From Candidatus Methanomethylophilaceae archaeon (GTDB lineage Archaea > Thermoplasmatota > Thermoplasmata > Methanomassiliicoccales > Methanomethylophilaceae), in assembly GCA_007117455.1 (NCBI GenBank), contig SKGM01000023.1:1-51067 (forward strand): a DNA stretch of 51,067 bases, written 5' to 3'. Made by a program: the position numbers and the translations under genes. Shown here in pieces: positions 43,234 through 51,067 of this stretch. Each line of letters begins with the position of its first letter. The stretch's first letter is position 1. The notes beneath the pieces are model-generated. The model was not told the DNA's origin, ran no database searches, and saw only the letters and a program-made list of their open reading frames with translations.

Positions 43234-44208
43234 TCAGCCCCTTTGAAGGTCCGTGGAGAATGTCCACATGCGTGGATATGTGCCCCTTTCCATGAAGACC
43301 CTCTCGGTTCTGACGGCGATGCCCCGCTTGGCCTCCTTGAGCCTCTCACCGGATATCGCGGCCTTGCCCACGGCGACCAGTTCCCCCCGGGAGGTGAGCA
43401 TTGCTACGTTCCCGCCCTTACGGATGCTCTCATCGTATTGAGCCAAGCCGGGAACAGCAAGGTCGGCGCCATGGCAGACGGCGTCCACGGAGGCGGTCTT
43501 CAGCACCACGCGGGGCAGATGGGATATCAGGTCCTCGACCGGCCTGACGATATCGTAGAGGGGTTCGGGACGCCCTCTCTCCTGCCAGAGCTCATAGGCA
43601 TCCTTCAACTGCTGGAGGGTCACAGCCTCCATCTCGGACATGGATCCGGACCGGGTCCTTCTGAGCTCCAGCATGTTCGCCCCCACCCCCAGCGCTTCAC
43701 CTATGTCGATGCAGAGTGTCCGTATATAGGTGCCCGCATCACAGGATACGCGGAATAGGACGTCCCTACCATCGATGTCCAGGAGATCAAGGGAGTGTAT
43801 GGTGCGTATTCGTAACTGACGTTTGACAGCTGAACGGAGGGGAGGGAACTGATAGATCCTTCCCACGAATTCAGAAAGCATCCTCCGCACCTCATCCTCC
43901 GACCGGTCCCGGTGAAGACGCATGAGGCAGACGTACTCCTTGTCAGCACTGAGCATCAGGTCGGTGAGCCGGACCGCCTTCCCCACGAATATCGGGAGTA
44001 CGCCGCTGACGTTGGGGTCCAAGGTCCCGCCGTGCGCGATGCGCTCGATCTTCATCACATCGCGCGCCCAGGAGGCCACCTGATGGGATGTCGGACCGCA
44101 GGGTTTGTCTAGGACTATGGCACCGTTGCGCAACAGTTCGCCCAATGTCCTGTCGGAGGGCCTCTTGCCATATCTATTGGGAACTGGGTCATCTGATTTC
44201 TGAATCAT
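43234..44208 (-). CDS. cbf5: H/ACA RNP pseudouridine synthase Cbf5 (TruB family) with PUA domain
   Basis: 324 aa. HGGTLDPNVSGVLPIFVG catalytic motif. Conserved position after cmk. Confidence 0.92.
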   Translation of the reverse strand: MIQKSDDPVPNRYGKRPSDRTLGELLRNGAIVLDKPCGPTSHQVASWARDVMKIERIAHGGTLDPNVSGVLPIFVGKAVRLTDLMLSADKEYVCLMRLHRDRSEDEVRRMLSEFVGRIYQFPPLRSAVKRQLRIRTIHSLDLLDIDGRDVLFRVSCDAGTYIRTLCIDIGEALGVGANMLELRRTRSGSMSEMEAVTLQQLKDAYELWQERGRPEPLYDIVRPVEDLISHLPRVVLKTASVDAVCHGADLAVPGLAQYDESIRKGGNVAMLTSRGELVAVGKAAISGERLKEAKRGIAVRTERVFMERGTYPRMWTFSTDLQRG

Positions 44209-44738
44209 GGCTGGACCCCTATCCTATCGACGATCTCATCAACGATTTGATCCGGCGTCTTATCAGCGGTGTCCACGACCATGTCGTAAACGCTAAGGTC
44301 ATAGAGGTCGATGCCATAGTACTGCAGATATCTCTTAGCCTCGGAAGCCTGACGTCGTACGATCGCCTCGGCCGCCTGTTGCAGGTCCTCATCCTCGCGA
44401 CGTCCCACCCTGGCCGCCCGAACCAATGGGTCGGCATCGAGATATACCTTGAATGCAGGGATCCCATGGCGTACCAGCATCTGCGCTGAGAGCCGTGATT
44501 CGAGTATTATGGAATCGGTGTCGCGGGCGATGTCCAGGATCCGCCTGTCGATGGTCTCGTCGATGGAGGGGTCCTGCTCAGCCAGGGAGCCGAAGTCCGC
44601 CAAGGTCATACCTTTCTCCTCGGCCATCTCACGGAATAGACGTCCGAAGACCACCGCGGGCAGGTCCAGTCGTTCAGCGAGAAGACCGCAAACGGTTGTC
44701 TTTCCTGAGCCCGGGGGCCCGCTTATGGTTATCCTCAT
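44205..44738 (-). CDS. cmk: cytidylate kinase (archaeal type)
   Basis: 177 aa. MRITISGPPGSGKTT P-loop. Collinear with archaeal COG1102 CMP kinases. Confidence 0.85.
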   Translation of the reverse strand: MRITISGPPGSGKTTVCGLLAERLDLPAVVFGRLFREMAEEKGMTLADFGSLAEQDPSIDETIDRRILDIARDTDSIILESRLSAQMLVRHGIPAFKVYLDADPLVRAARVGRREDEDLQQAAEAIVRRQASEAKRYLQYYGIDLYDLSVYDMVVDTADKTPDQIVDEIVDRIGVQP

Positions 44739-45406
44739 AATGCTTCGTTCCCCGCCGTCTCCGAATAATCCCTCAACTTCCTCTTGAACTGGAAGAAGCG
44801 TATGGTTCGGGTCAGGAGATGGCCGAAAGGTATGCTCACAAGGGTGTACACCAATATCCAGTTGGGGAGGACGTTGGTGTTGTTCAGGTCCACCATGGGT
44901 TGCCAGGGGACGGCTATGTATGAATCGGGCAGATTGAGTACGAAGACCGAGACCCAGGCGAATATCGGTATGATGAAGAGAAGCGTCAGCGGCAGAAGTT
45001 TCAGCTGCTGTGTGCTCATCTCCATCGATTTGGACATGATCTCCTGCTGGTGCTCGGTGAGCTTCTTGATCTTGTACAGGTTGTTGTCCAAACGGGCCTG
45101 TCTAAGTTCCTGGTTGAAAGCGCTCATAACCTTCTGGGACCGGGCCATGGCCACATAGTCGGTGAAGAACGAGCGGACGATTATGCTGAATGAGACCATC
45201 GTCAGACCGGCGAAGAGAAGGGTGAGCAAGGGGTACTGGTAATCGAACCCTATCAAGGGCTCGAAAGCCAGACCGACAAGGTTCCCAGTCATTGTCCTCA
45301 GGTTCTGGTCGAACATGATGAACATCGCCAGCACGAATATCATCAGGGTGGTTATCTTGGGCGAGGCCATCGGCTGTTGTGGTCCGGCACCTTGTGTCAT
45401 ATTCAA
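44735..45406 (-). CDS. DUF106 family membrane protein (archaeal YidC/Oxa1-like)
   Basis: 223 aa. TM helices flank a charged coiled-coil loop. Conserved position between secY and cmk. Confidence 0.75.
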   Translation of the reverse strand: MNMTQGAGPQQPMASPKITTLMIFVLAMFIMFDQNLRTMTGNLVGLAFEPLIGFDYQYPLLTLLFAGLTMVSFSIIVRSFFTDYVAMARSQKVMSAFNQELRQARLDNNLYKIKKLTEHQQEIMSKSMEMSTQQLKLLPLTLLFIIPIFAWVSVFVLNLPDSYIAVPWQPMVDLNNTNVLPNWILVYTLVSIPFGHLLTRTIRFFQFKRKLRDYSETAGNEAL

Positions 45407-46944
45407 TCACCTCCGAAGAACCCACGCAGCACCGGGTGCATCTCCATCATCTGCTCACGGCCCATGGCCTCATAGAACTGGATGAGTATGCCCACTGCCA
45501 GTAGCACTCCCGTGCCGGTGGCATTGCCTGTGGTCCCTATCAGATCGGCGCCGGCGGCAAGGCTGCCCACCAATGCCCCCGATATGACCGTCACCACCGG
45601 TATGTACCTCTCCAGGACCCTCTTGAGGACCCGGGGGTCCCGCCGGAATCCGGGTATCTGCATACCACTGCTCTGGATCTGCCTCGCCACCGCCTCGGGA
45701 CCGAGGTTGGTGGTGTTGACCCAGAATTTTGCGAAAAGGATCGACCCCAGTACCATGAATGAGAAGTATATCAGCACCCTCATTACGTTCTGCAATGTTG
45801 TCCGGTCGTTACCGTAGTTACCTGGGTCGAGTATGGGAAGTAACCAATCGTTGAGACCCATGGGTGCCGAGAGGTACCACGCCAGCCCTCCTGATGCTGA
45901 TGTCATGCCCGGCTCGAAGTACCCCAGGGCGGGGTTGCCGCCCAATATCGGCACCTGACTCAGCGTCTCACTGGTGTAGAACAGCAGGGCGAACATGCTG
46001 ATGTTTGCCAGGAGGGCGGCGATTAGGATGACGGGTATCACGCTGGCGTAGATGAGTTTCAATGGATACCTACCACGGGCCCCCCTGGCTGAGCCATGGG
46101 CCAAGGGAAGCTCTATGCGGGAGGATTCGACGTAAGCCACGAAGAAGAAGATCACTATGGTCCCCACCAAAGCGATCAACGGATTTGGCTCCTGCAGTAT
46201 TATCTGTTCGTAACCACCTTGGGACATCTCGGCCAGTGATTGCGAGCTGATCAAGTAGAGGGTCTTGGGTATGGTACCGGCGGGAGGATTGGAAGCACTC
46301 ACCGCGGCGGCGGAATCTATCGGGTACCAATTAAGGGTACCAGTGAACAGAGCCTCGGACACACCAGCGGCTATGAACAACGATACGCCGCTTCCTATAC
46401 CCCATTTCGAGACCACCTCGTCCATGAGGAATACCAGATAGGCGCCGAGACATAGCTGCAACACTATGATGAAGCGCGCCATGGACGTCCCGACGGCGGC
46501 TATGAATTCTTGTGAAGGGACTAGGAAGCCGAACACCTGGGGGACCGCCGTGAATATTATCATGACGATGACCAGGAGCTTCTGGGTCGACTGGAAGACC
46601 GCCTTGTCGCTGCTCTTGGTGAGGTCGAGGTTGATTATCTTCGCACCCACGAAGAGCTGCAGTATGATAGAGGCGGTGACGATCGGTCCGATCCCCAGCT
46701 GCATCAGGGTTCCTGAGGCGCCAGCCATGATGGTGCGGTACTGGGCGAACATGTCCAACGTCTCATCGGTGTCCAGACCGTAGAGATAGACGTTGGTCAT
46801 GACGAAGTACAGCACCAGGATGACCGCTACCCAGATAAGCTTGGTCCGGAAGTGCACATGGCCCTCCGGACGGGTGACCGCCGGTAGACGGTCGGCGTAA
46901 GGCTTTATCTTGTAGAGTGCGCTCTGCTGCTCGGACATTCCCAT
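45403..46944 (-). CDS. secY: preprotein translocase subunit SecY
   Basis: 513 aa, 10-TM pattern, follows L15 in the conserved operon. Confidence 0.95.
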   Translation of the reverse strand: MGMSEQQSALYKIKPYADRLPAVTRPEGHVHFRTKLIWVAVILVLYFVMTNVYLYGLDTDETLDMFAQYRTIMAGASGTLMQLGIGPIVTASIILQLFVGAKIINLDLTKSSDKAVFQSTQKLLVIVMIIFTAVPQVFGFLVPSQEFIAAVGTSMARFIIVLQLCLGAYLVFLMDEVVSKWGIGSGVSLFIAAGVSEALFTGTLNWYPIDSAAAVSASNPPAGTIPKTLYLISSQSLAEMSQGGYEQIILQEPNPLIALVGTIVIFFFVAYVESSRIELPLAHGSARGARGRYPLKLIYASVIPVILIAALLANISMFALLFYTSETLSQVPILGGNPALGYFEPGMTSASGGLAWYLSAPMGLNDWLLPILDPGNYGNDRTTLQNVMRVLIYFSFMVLGSILFAKFWVNTTNLGPEAVARQIQSSGMQIPGFRRDPRVLKRVLERYIPVVTVISGALVGSLAAGADLIGTTGNATGTGVLLAVGILIQFYEAMGREQMMEMHPVLRGFFGGD

Positions 46945-46960
46945 CCCTTGTTTTTCTAGA

Positions 46961-47386
46961 TCATTCCGCTACAACGGTACCGCCCAGGGACTCGATCTTC
47001 TCCTTGGCGATGGCCGAGGCCTGGGGAACGGTGACGTCCATGGGGACGTTCACGTTTCCCTCGCCCAGGAGCTTGTCGATGCCCATCTCTTTGAGGTCGA
47101 CCACATAGCGGTCCCCCTCCTGGCGGGCGAAGCCGCCGTCCAGCAGTCGCGACAGGCCCTCCTGGAGCTCGCCTACGTTCATGGTGGTGTTGGCACCGAC
47201 CATGCTCTGGGGCCTCTTGAAGCCCCTCCTGCCGAAATGGTCGCGGTCGTATTTCAACATGCGCAGCCTCTTGTGTTTCAGGAGACCGGCGTTGCCGTGA
47301 CCGCCGATGAGACCCGCACCCCTACCGGCCTTCTTACCGCGGCCGTGGGTCCTGGAGCCTCTTAGTTTCTTGGTCCTGCTTGGCAT
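46961..47386 (-). CDS. rpl15: 50S ribosomal protein L15 (uL15)
   Basis: MPSRTKKLRGSRTHGRG... Gly/Arg-rich N-terminus. Confidence 0.95.
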   Translation of the reverse strand: MPSRTKKLRGSRTHGRGKKAGRGAGLIGGHGNAGLLKHKRLRMLKYDRDHFGRRGFKRPQSMVGANTTMNVGELQEGLSRLLDGGFARQEGDRYVVDLKEMGIDKLLGEGNVNVPMDVTVPQASAIAKEKIESLGGTVVAE

Positions 47387-47396
47387 TTGTTCACCT

Positions 47397-47861
47397 CTAA
47401 AGCATCCTCATGATGAGGTCGTTGATCGCTTCCCCGCGGTAGCCGAGGGCGCCACCCGAGCGGTAGGCGCGCTTGATGCCCTCATAGCCCTTGACAGGAG
47501 GAGCCAGGCGGAAGACGGGTTTGGCACCCAGCCTGTTCATCTTGGCCTTACCCTCTGCGAGGGCCGAGGCCATCTCCTCCACGGAGGAGTATCCGGACTC
47601 CTTAAGGAAGACGTCGTCTATCTCCTTGTCACCGGCCAGACGGCCACGGCTGCGGATCATCTCCGCAACCGTCTCCGGACTGACCTCGCCCCATGTTATG
47701 TAGTCCTTGGACTTCTGGAGCATACCTATGGTCACATCGTCCTCGGGGACGATGACGCAGTGGTTGACACGGGTCAGGTTGAGCAGCTCCATGGTGCGGG
47801 AGATCTCGTGCCTGACATCCGCCTGTCCACGGACCCTTATCACAGCGAAGGCCATGCTCAC
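47397..47861 (-). CDS. rpl30: 50S ribosomal protein L30 (uL30)
   Basis: AVIRVRG....R.EI..TMELLNL.R.NH pattern. Confidence 0.95.
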   Translation of the reverse strand: MSMAFAVIRVRGQADVRHEISRTMELLNLTRVNHCVIVPEDDVTIGMLQKSKDYITWGEVSPETVAEMIRSRGRLAGDKEIDDVFLKESGYSSVEEMASALAEGKAKMNRLGAKPVFRLAPPVKGYEGIKRAYRSGGALGYRGEAINDLIMRML

Positions 47862-48535
47862 TCCTCCATGATGTCCACATCGGTCTCATGCACGTGCACG
47901 GTCACCGGACCGGAGCTTATGCGGAGCCTCTGCTGCTGCTCCTCGGTGATCCTCATCTCGGAGGTTAGGCGGAGCGCCTCGAATGTGGCCAGGGCGTAGT
48001 TGACCTTGGTCTTGGTGTGACCCTTGGCGAATCCCCAGGCATCCTTCACCCCTGCCAGTGTGAGCAGGCTCTTGGCCACGTCACCGGTCGCCAGGGATAT
48101 GCCGCGGGGGGCGGGCTTCAGACTCACACGGACGGAGCCGGAGTCGCCCTTCACCTCGAACGGGAGGGTATGGGGGTTGGCGCATCCGCACTCCCAGGAG
48201 CCGCAGCCCCTCTTGATCTCGATGATGTTCAGCTTGGCGTTGTCGATGGCCTTCCTGATGGAGGGGCCGACCTCCTTGCCCTTGGCCCTGCCGATGCCGA
48301 CGAAACCGTCACCGTTTCCGACGGCGCAGGTCACACCGAACCTGACCCTCCTTCCGGAGTCAGTCATCCTCTGAACCATGTTGAGGTCGATGACCTCGTC
48401 CTGCAGCTCAGGCAGGAGGATGTCCACGATCTCCGGCTCCCGGAGGGGGAGCTTGGTGGCCAGGGCGGCGGACATGGTGGTTATCTCGCCGTCGTAAACC
48501 ATCCTTCCCAGTCTGGTCTTGGGAACCCAATCCAT
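47858..48535 (-). CDS. rps5: 30S ribosomal protein S5 (uS5)
   Basis: WVPKTRLGR... and VGNGDGFVGIGRAKG motifs. Confidence 0.95.
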   Translation of the reverse strand: MDWVPKTRLGRMVYDGEITTMSAALATKLPLREPEIVDILLPELQDEVIDLNMVQRMTDSGRRVRFGVTCAVGNGDGFVGIGRAKGKEVGPSIRKAIDNAKLNIIEIKRGCGSWECGCANPHTLPFEVKGDSGSVRVSLKPAPRGISLATGDVAKSLLTLAGVKDAWGFAKGHTKTKVNYALATFEALRLTSEMRITEEQQQRLRISSGPVTVHVHETDVDIMEE

Positions 48536-48536
48536 T

Positions 48537-49037
48537 TCAATCAGCCTCCATCTTCTCGATCAGTGCGTCGAAGGCGGCTTCCATGCCTTCGTCGATGTGC
48601 TGTCCGCGGATGCGTTCCTCGGCGGGCCTGACATCCTCACCATGAGGTATGTCCATGCCCGCATCGACCAGCCCAGCGAGGGCGGAGAAGCATGCCGACC
48701 CTTTTACCGGCTTCTGCCTCCCGATGTCGAGAACCGCGGACTCTATCCCCTCTGCCAGGGCCCTCTTTCCGGCCAGATAGCCGGTTAGGTAGGCGGCGGG
48801 GAGGTTCGAACCGGAGTACTCCCATCCCATCTTCCCCAAGTCCTTGGAGTGAGCGGATGTGAGTATCTGGTCTCCATTCATGTCGAATGCCACCAGCTGC
48901 ACGCTGGTGTGCTTCAGGGAACGACGGACGACGGCCCGGGGGAGGCCTCCTCTGAGGAGCCTCTGTCTTGAGCGGTAGTCCGTCCTGCCCTCCTTCCTGC
49001 GGCGGAAGGGGACCTTGTATCTAGGTCCTTTAGCCAT
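48537..49037 (-). CDS. rpl18: 50S ribosomal protein L18 (uL18)
   Basis: MAKGPRYKVPFRRRKEGRTDY N-terminus. Confidence 0.95.
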   Translation of the reverse strand: MAKGPRYKVPFRRRKEGRTDYRSRQRLLRGGLPRAVVRRSLKHTSVQLVAFDMNGDQILTSAHSKDLGKMGWEYSGSNLPAAYLTGYLAGKRALAEGIESAVLDIGRQKPVKGSACFSALAGLVDAGMDIPHGEDVRPAEERIRGQHIDEGMEAAFDALIEKMEAD

Positions 49038-49498
49038 CAGTTATCATCCTCCAGATGTCCTTCGGATACCAGGTGGGAGACCATGTTCCTCCTGCTCTTG
49101 TACATTCCGCCCTTGGCGCGCAGGTAGTACTTGCGGTAGACGGTCGATGTGATCCTGCCGTCATCGCGCAGGGTCTTGAGCTCATCACGCAGTGCGCGTA
49201 TGGTACCCATCCATATCCCTTTGTCGGACAGGCGGGCGTTGCTCGTACCCTTGCGGCTTCCATGGCCCTTGCGGCGTCCCTTGGCCTTCTGCTCCGCGGC
49301 ATGGCGGGCACGGCCCTTGGATATGCCCTTCTTGGGAAGGGCCTTTATGATTCCGGAGTCCACAGCGGTCCTGATGTCGGCGCGGGTTATGCAGTCCGCC
49401 ACCTCTTCGAGGCTGTTGGGGTCTATCCAGATACGGTTCTCACCGCATTTCAGGACATCCGCTGCCATCCTCCTCTGGTTTCTAAGGTCCATTTTCAT
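49037..49498 (-). CDS. rpl19e: 50S ribosomal protein L19e (eL19)
   Basis: DLRNQRRMAADVLKCGENRIWIDP N-terminus. Confidence 0.95.
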   Translation of the reverse strand: MKMDLRNQRRMAADVLKCGENRIWIDPNSLEEVADCITRADIRTAVDSGIIKALPKKGISKGRARHAAEQKAKGRRKGHGSRKGTSNARLSDKGIWMGTIRALRDELKTLRDDGRITSTVYRKYYLRAKGGMYKSRRNMVSHLVSEGHLEDDN

Positions 49499-50172
49499 CC
49501 CATCCTGTTGAGGACCCTGATACCGAGCTCCTCGGCCTTGTCCTCGATGTCGATCCTCTTCCTGGTCCCGACCTTACCGGAGACCCTCACGGCCTGGACC
49601 TTGGGGTCCACACCTTCAAGCTCGGCCACGTTGTGCACCAAGACCTCGGAGAATCCCGAGGGGTGAAGCCCGCGGACATCCTTGGGTCCACGGAATCCGA
49701 TCTTGACCAACGAGGGGCGGTGCTTGAATCCACGCCTGAGCTTGGAGTGTATACCCTTCGGCCTCCTCCACTTCTCGCCCAGCTTGCTGTAGCGGAACCA
49801 CTCCTGCCTCTTGAAGGCGGGGCGGCGGGAGGATATGGACCTCCTGACGGCCAATCCCTTGCGGGTGGCGTCATCGAGCTCAGGCTTGGCCTTGGCGACG
49901 TGGAAGCCTTCCTCGGCCTCCTCCTCATCCACGACCTCCACCTCATCTTCCTCCTCCACGACCTCCACCGACTCCACGTCGGCAAGGGCGTCCAACCATT
50001 TCTGGACCGTCTTGGGGCCTACCCCTTTCAGGGTGCTCGTTATGTCCTTGGTGGTGTCCTCGTCCTCCAAGGCCTCCTTGAGGTCCAGAGGGGACTCTAT
50101 GTTCATGTCCTCAAGGAGGGGTATGTACTCCTCTTTGAATCCTGGCAGCTCAGAGAGCTTCTTTATGCTCAT
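49495..50172 (-). CDS. rpl32e: 50S ribosomal protein L32e (eL32) with N-terminal HhH-like domain and acidic linker
   Basis: The C-terminal ~130 aa (RPAFKRQEWFRYSKLGEKWRRPKGIHSK...) is eL32. The N-terminal ~95 aa carries LSELPGF... and LKGVGPKTVQKWL helix-hairpin-helix-like motifs, followed by a Glu/Val-rich linker. Confidence 0.9.
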   Translation of the reverse strand: MSIKKLSELPGFKEEYIPLLEDMNIESPLDLKEALEDEDTTKDITSTLKGVGPKTVQKWLDALADVESVEVVEEEDEVEVVDEEEAEEGFHVAKAKPELDDATRKGLAVRRSISSRRPAFKRQEWFRYSKLGEKWRRPKGIHSKLRRGFKHRPSLVKIGFRGPKDVRGLHPSGFSEVLVHNVAELEGVDPKVQAVRVSGKVGTRKRIDIEDKAEELGIRVLNRMG

Positions 50173-50720
50173 TCGGAAACCCTCCTTCCCTTCTCAACGA
50201 TGTATATCCCATCCTGGAAGGTCCTGCGGTCGAATCCGCGACGTCGGGTGGCCTTCTCGATGTTGGCCGCGGTCTGGCCGCAGGCCTCACGGTCTATACC
50301 CTCCAACGTGACGTCGGCTCCTTTAACGTTCACCTTTACGCCCTTGGCGATCTTGGCGAAACGTCTGGCCTTACCACCCATGTAGTTGTCTATCATCACC
50401 TGGTCGTCCTTGACGGAGACCTTCATGGGGAAGTGAGAGTAGACGACCTTCATGTTGTAGGTGTATCCATGCTTCACGCCGTACATCATGTTGCGGATGT
50501 GTGACTCATAGGTGCCTATCATGGCCTTCTCCCTGACGCGGGGGAACTCCGAGCGGATGTTGACCTTGTCCTCGGAGACCTCTATGTCGATACGGGGGAA
50601 ACGGAAGGCCCTGGACATCTCTCCTTTGGGGCCCTTCACGGTGACCACGTAACCGTCCTTGGAGACGCTGACGCCTTCCAGTATCGGTATCTCGCTGTCT
50701 ATGATCCCGGTTATTGTCAT
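50169..50720 (-). CDS. rpl6: 50S ribosomal protein L6 (uL6)
   Basis: 183 aa. V.V.GPKGE..R.F pattern and operon position. Confidence 0.95.
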   Translation of the reverse strand: MTITGIIDSEIPILEGVSVSKDGYVVTVKGPKGEMSRAFRFPRIDIEVSEDKVNIRSEFPRVREKAMIGTYESHIRNMMYGVKHGYTYNMKVVYSHFPMKVSVKDDQVMIDNYMGGKARRFAKIAKGVKVNVKGADVTLEGIDREACGQTAANIEKATRRRGFDRRTFQDGIYIVEKGRRVSE

Positions 50721-50729
50721 CTCCTCACC

Positions 50730-51065
50730 TCAATACACATAGGCAAGCAACTTGCCTCCCAGTCCCAGGTCCTTGGCCTGGGCATGGGTTATGACGCCCT
50801 CAGTCGTCGTCAGAATGAGGACGCCGAAGTCCTGGGCCGGCAGATACCTGGCCTCGAACTTCTCCAATTCATTCCTCTTCACCGAGTAACGCGGTTTTAT
50901 GACGCCACAGTTGTTTATGGCGCCCTTCATCATCACCCGGAACTGGCCGGCCTTACCATCCTCGATGTACTCGAACTGGTTGATATAGCCGTGGTCCTGC
51001 ATGACCTTCAACACGCGGCCGATGAGCTTGGACGACGGCTTGATATAACATTCGTTCTTGCCCAC
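50730..51065 (-). CDS. rps8: 30S ribosomal protein S8 (uS8), N-terminally truncated by the window edge
   Basis: C-terminal ...[28 protein letters not shown]. The ORF runs off the right end of the window. Confidence 0.9.
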   Translation of the reverse strand: MGKNECYIKPSSKLIGRVLKVMQDHGYINQFEYIEDGKAGQFRVMMKGAINNCGVIKPRYSVKRNELEKFEARYLPAQDFGVLILTTTEGVITHAQAKDLGLGGKLLAYVY

Positions 51066-51067
51066 CG

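Noticed and set aside
1-51067. CRISPR arrays, rRNA genes, IS elements or transposases, integrases, toxin-antitoxin or restriction-modification genes
   Set aside because: I saw no regularly spaced direct repeats, no transposase- or integrase-like ORFs and no rRNA-like sequence when reading through the window. The only repeats found are the short ones reported above.

Overview
Densely coding, GC-rich archaeal chromosome segment. The gene content points to an H2-dependent, methyl-reducing methanogen of the Thermoplasmata/Methanomassiliicoccales type. That is an inference from the hdrA-mvhDGA operon, a corrinoid methyltransferase cluster, and archaeal information-processing operons dominated by TGA stops. 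Contents, left to right: (1) An ORF-poor, lower-GC 1.3 kb stretch holding one tRNA-Ser(GCT). (2) Housekeeping genes: a metallophosphoesterase, S8e, SRP19, a DUF211 protein, Nnr and a second phosphoesterase. (3) A minus-strand hdrA-mvhD-mvhG-mvhA operon (5415-11612). Its HdrA is a 999-aa tandem double-HdrA fusion and its MvhG carries an unusual N-terminal extension; no hdrBC lies in the window. (4) The classical archaeal exosome superoperon (12723-17804): Pop5, PsmA, Sdo1, Rrp4, Rrp41, Rrp42, L37Ae, RpoP, Pcc1, PfdB. Here it is headed by a membrane-anchored RING-like, multi-zinc-ribbon protein. (5) An ABC-2 exporter pair, a DHH phosphoesterase, TyrRS, a hexapeptide acetyltransferase, DUF504, adenine deaminase, Hpt and a TctA-like membrane protein. 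(6) A tightly coupled minus-strand operon of a P-loop-less RadB-like protein, a 79-aa protein and a family-B DNA polymerase with degenerate motifs (26553-29551). (7) Uncharacterised membrane and small proteins plus a geranylgeranyl-reductase-family flavoprotein (29662-33036). (8) A 370-bp AT-rich control region followed by a corrinoid protein and a URO-D-family methyltransferase. Five tightly linked accessory genes follow: a COG0523 GTPase, a His-rich protein, a Cys-rich protein, a hydantoinase-family ATPase and a DUF1638 protein (33408-39300). (9) Two tandem paralogous REC-GAF-PAS-kinase proteins, one of them an apparent pseudokinase (39297-43184). (10) Cbf5, Cmk, a DUF106 (YidC-like) protein, SecY and the distal ribosomal protein operon (L15, L30, S5, L18, L19e, L32e, L6, partial S8). 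I found no CRISPR array, no rRNA and no clear mobile element. The regions I consider most worth follow-up are the RadB-like/PolB operon, the methyltransferase accessory cluster, and the reciprocal sensor-kinase pair next to it.
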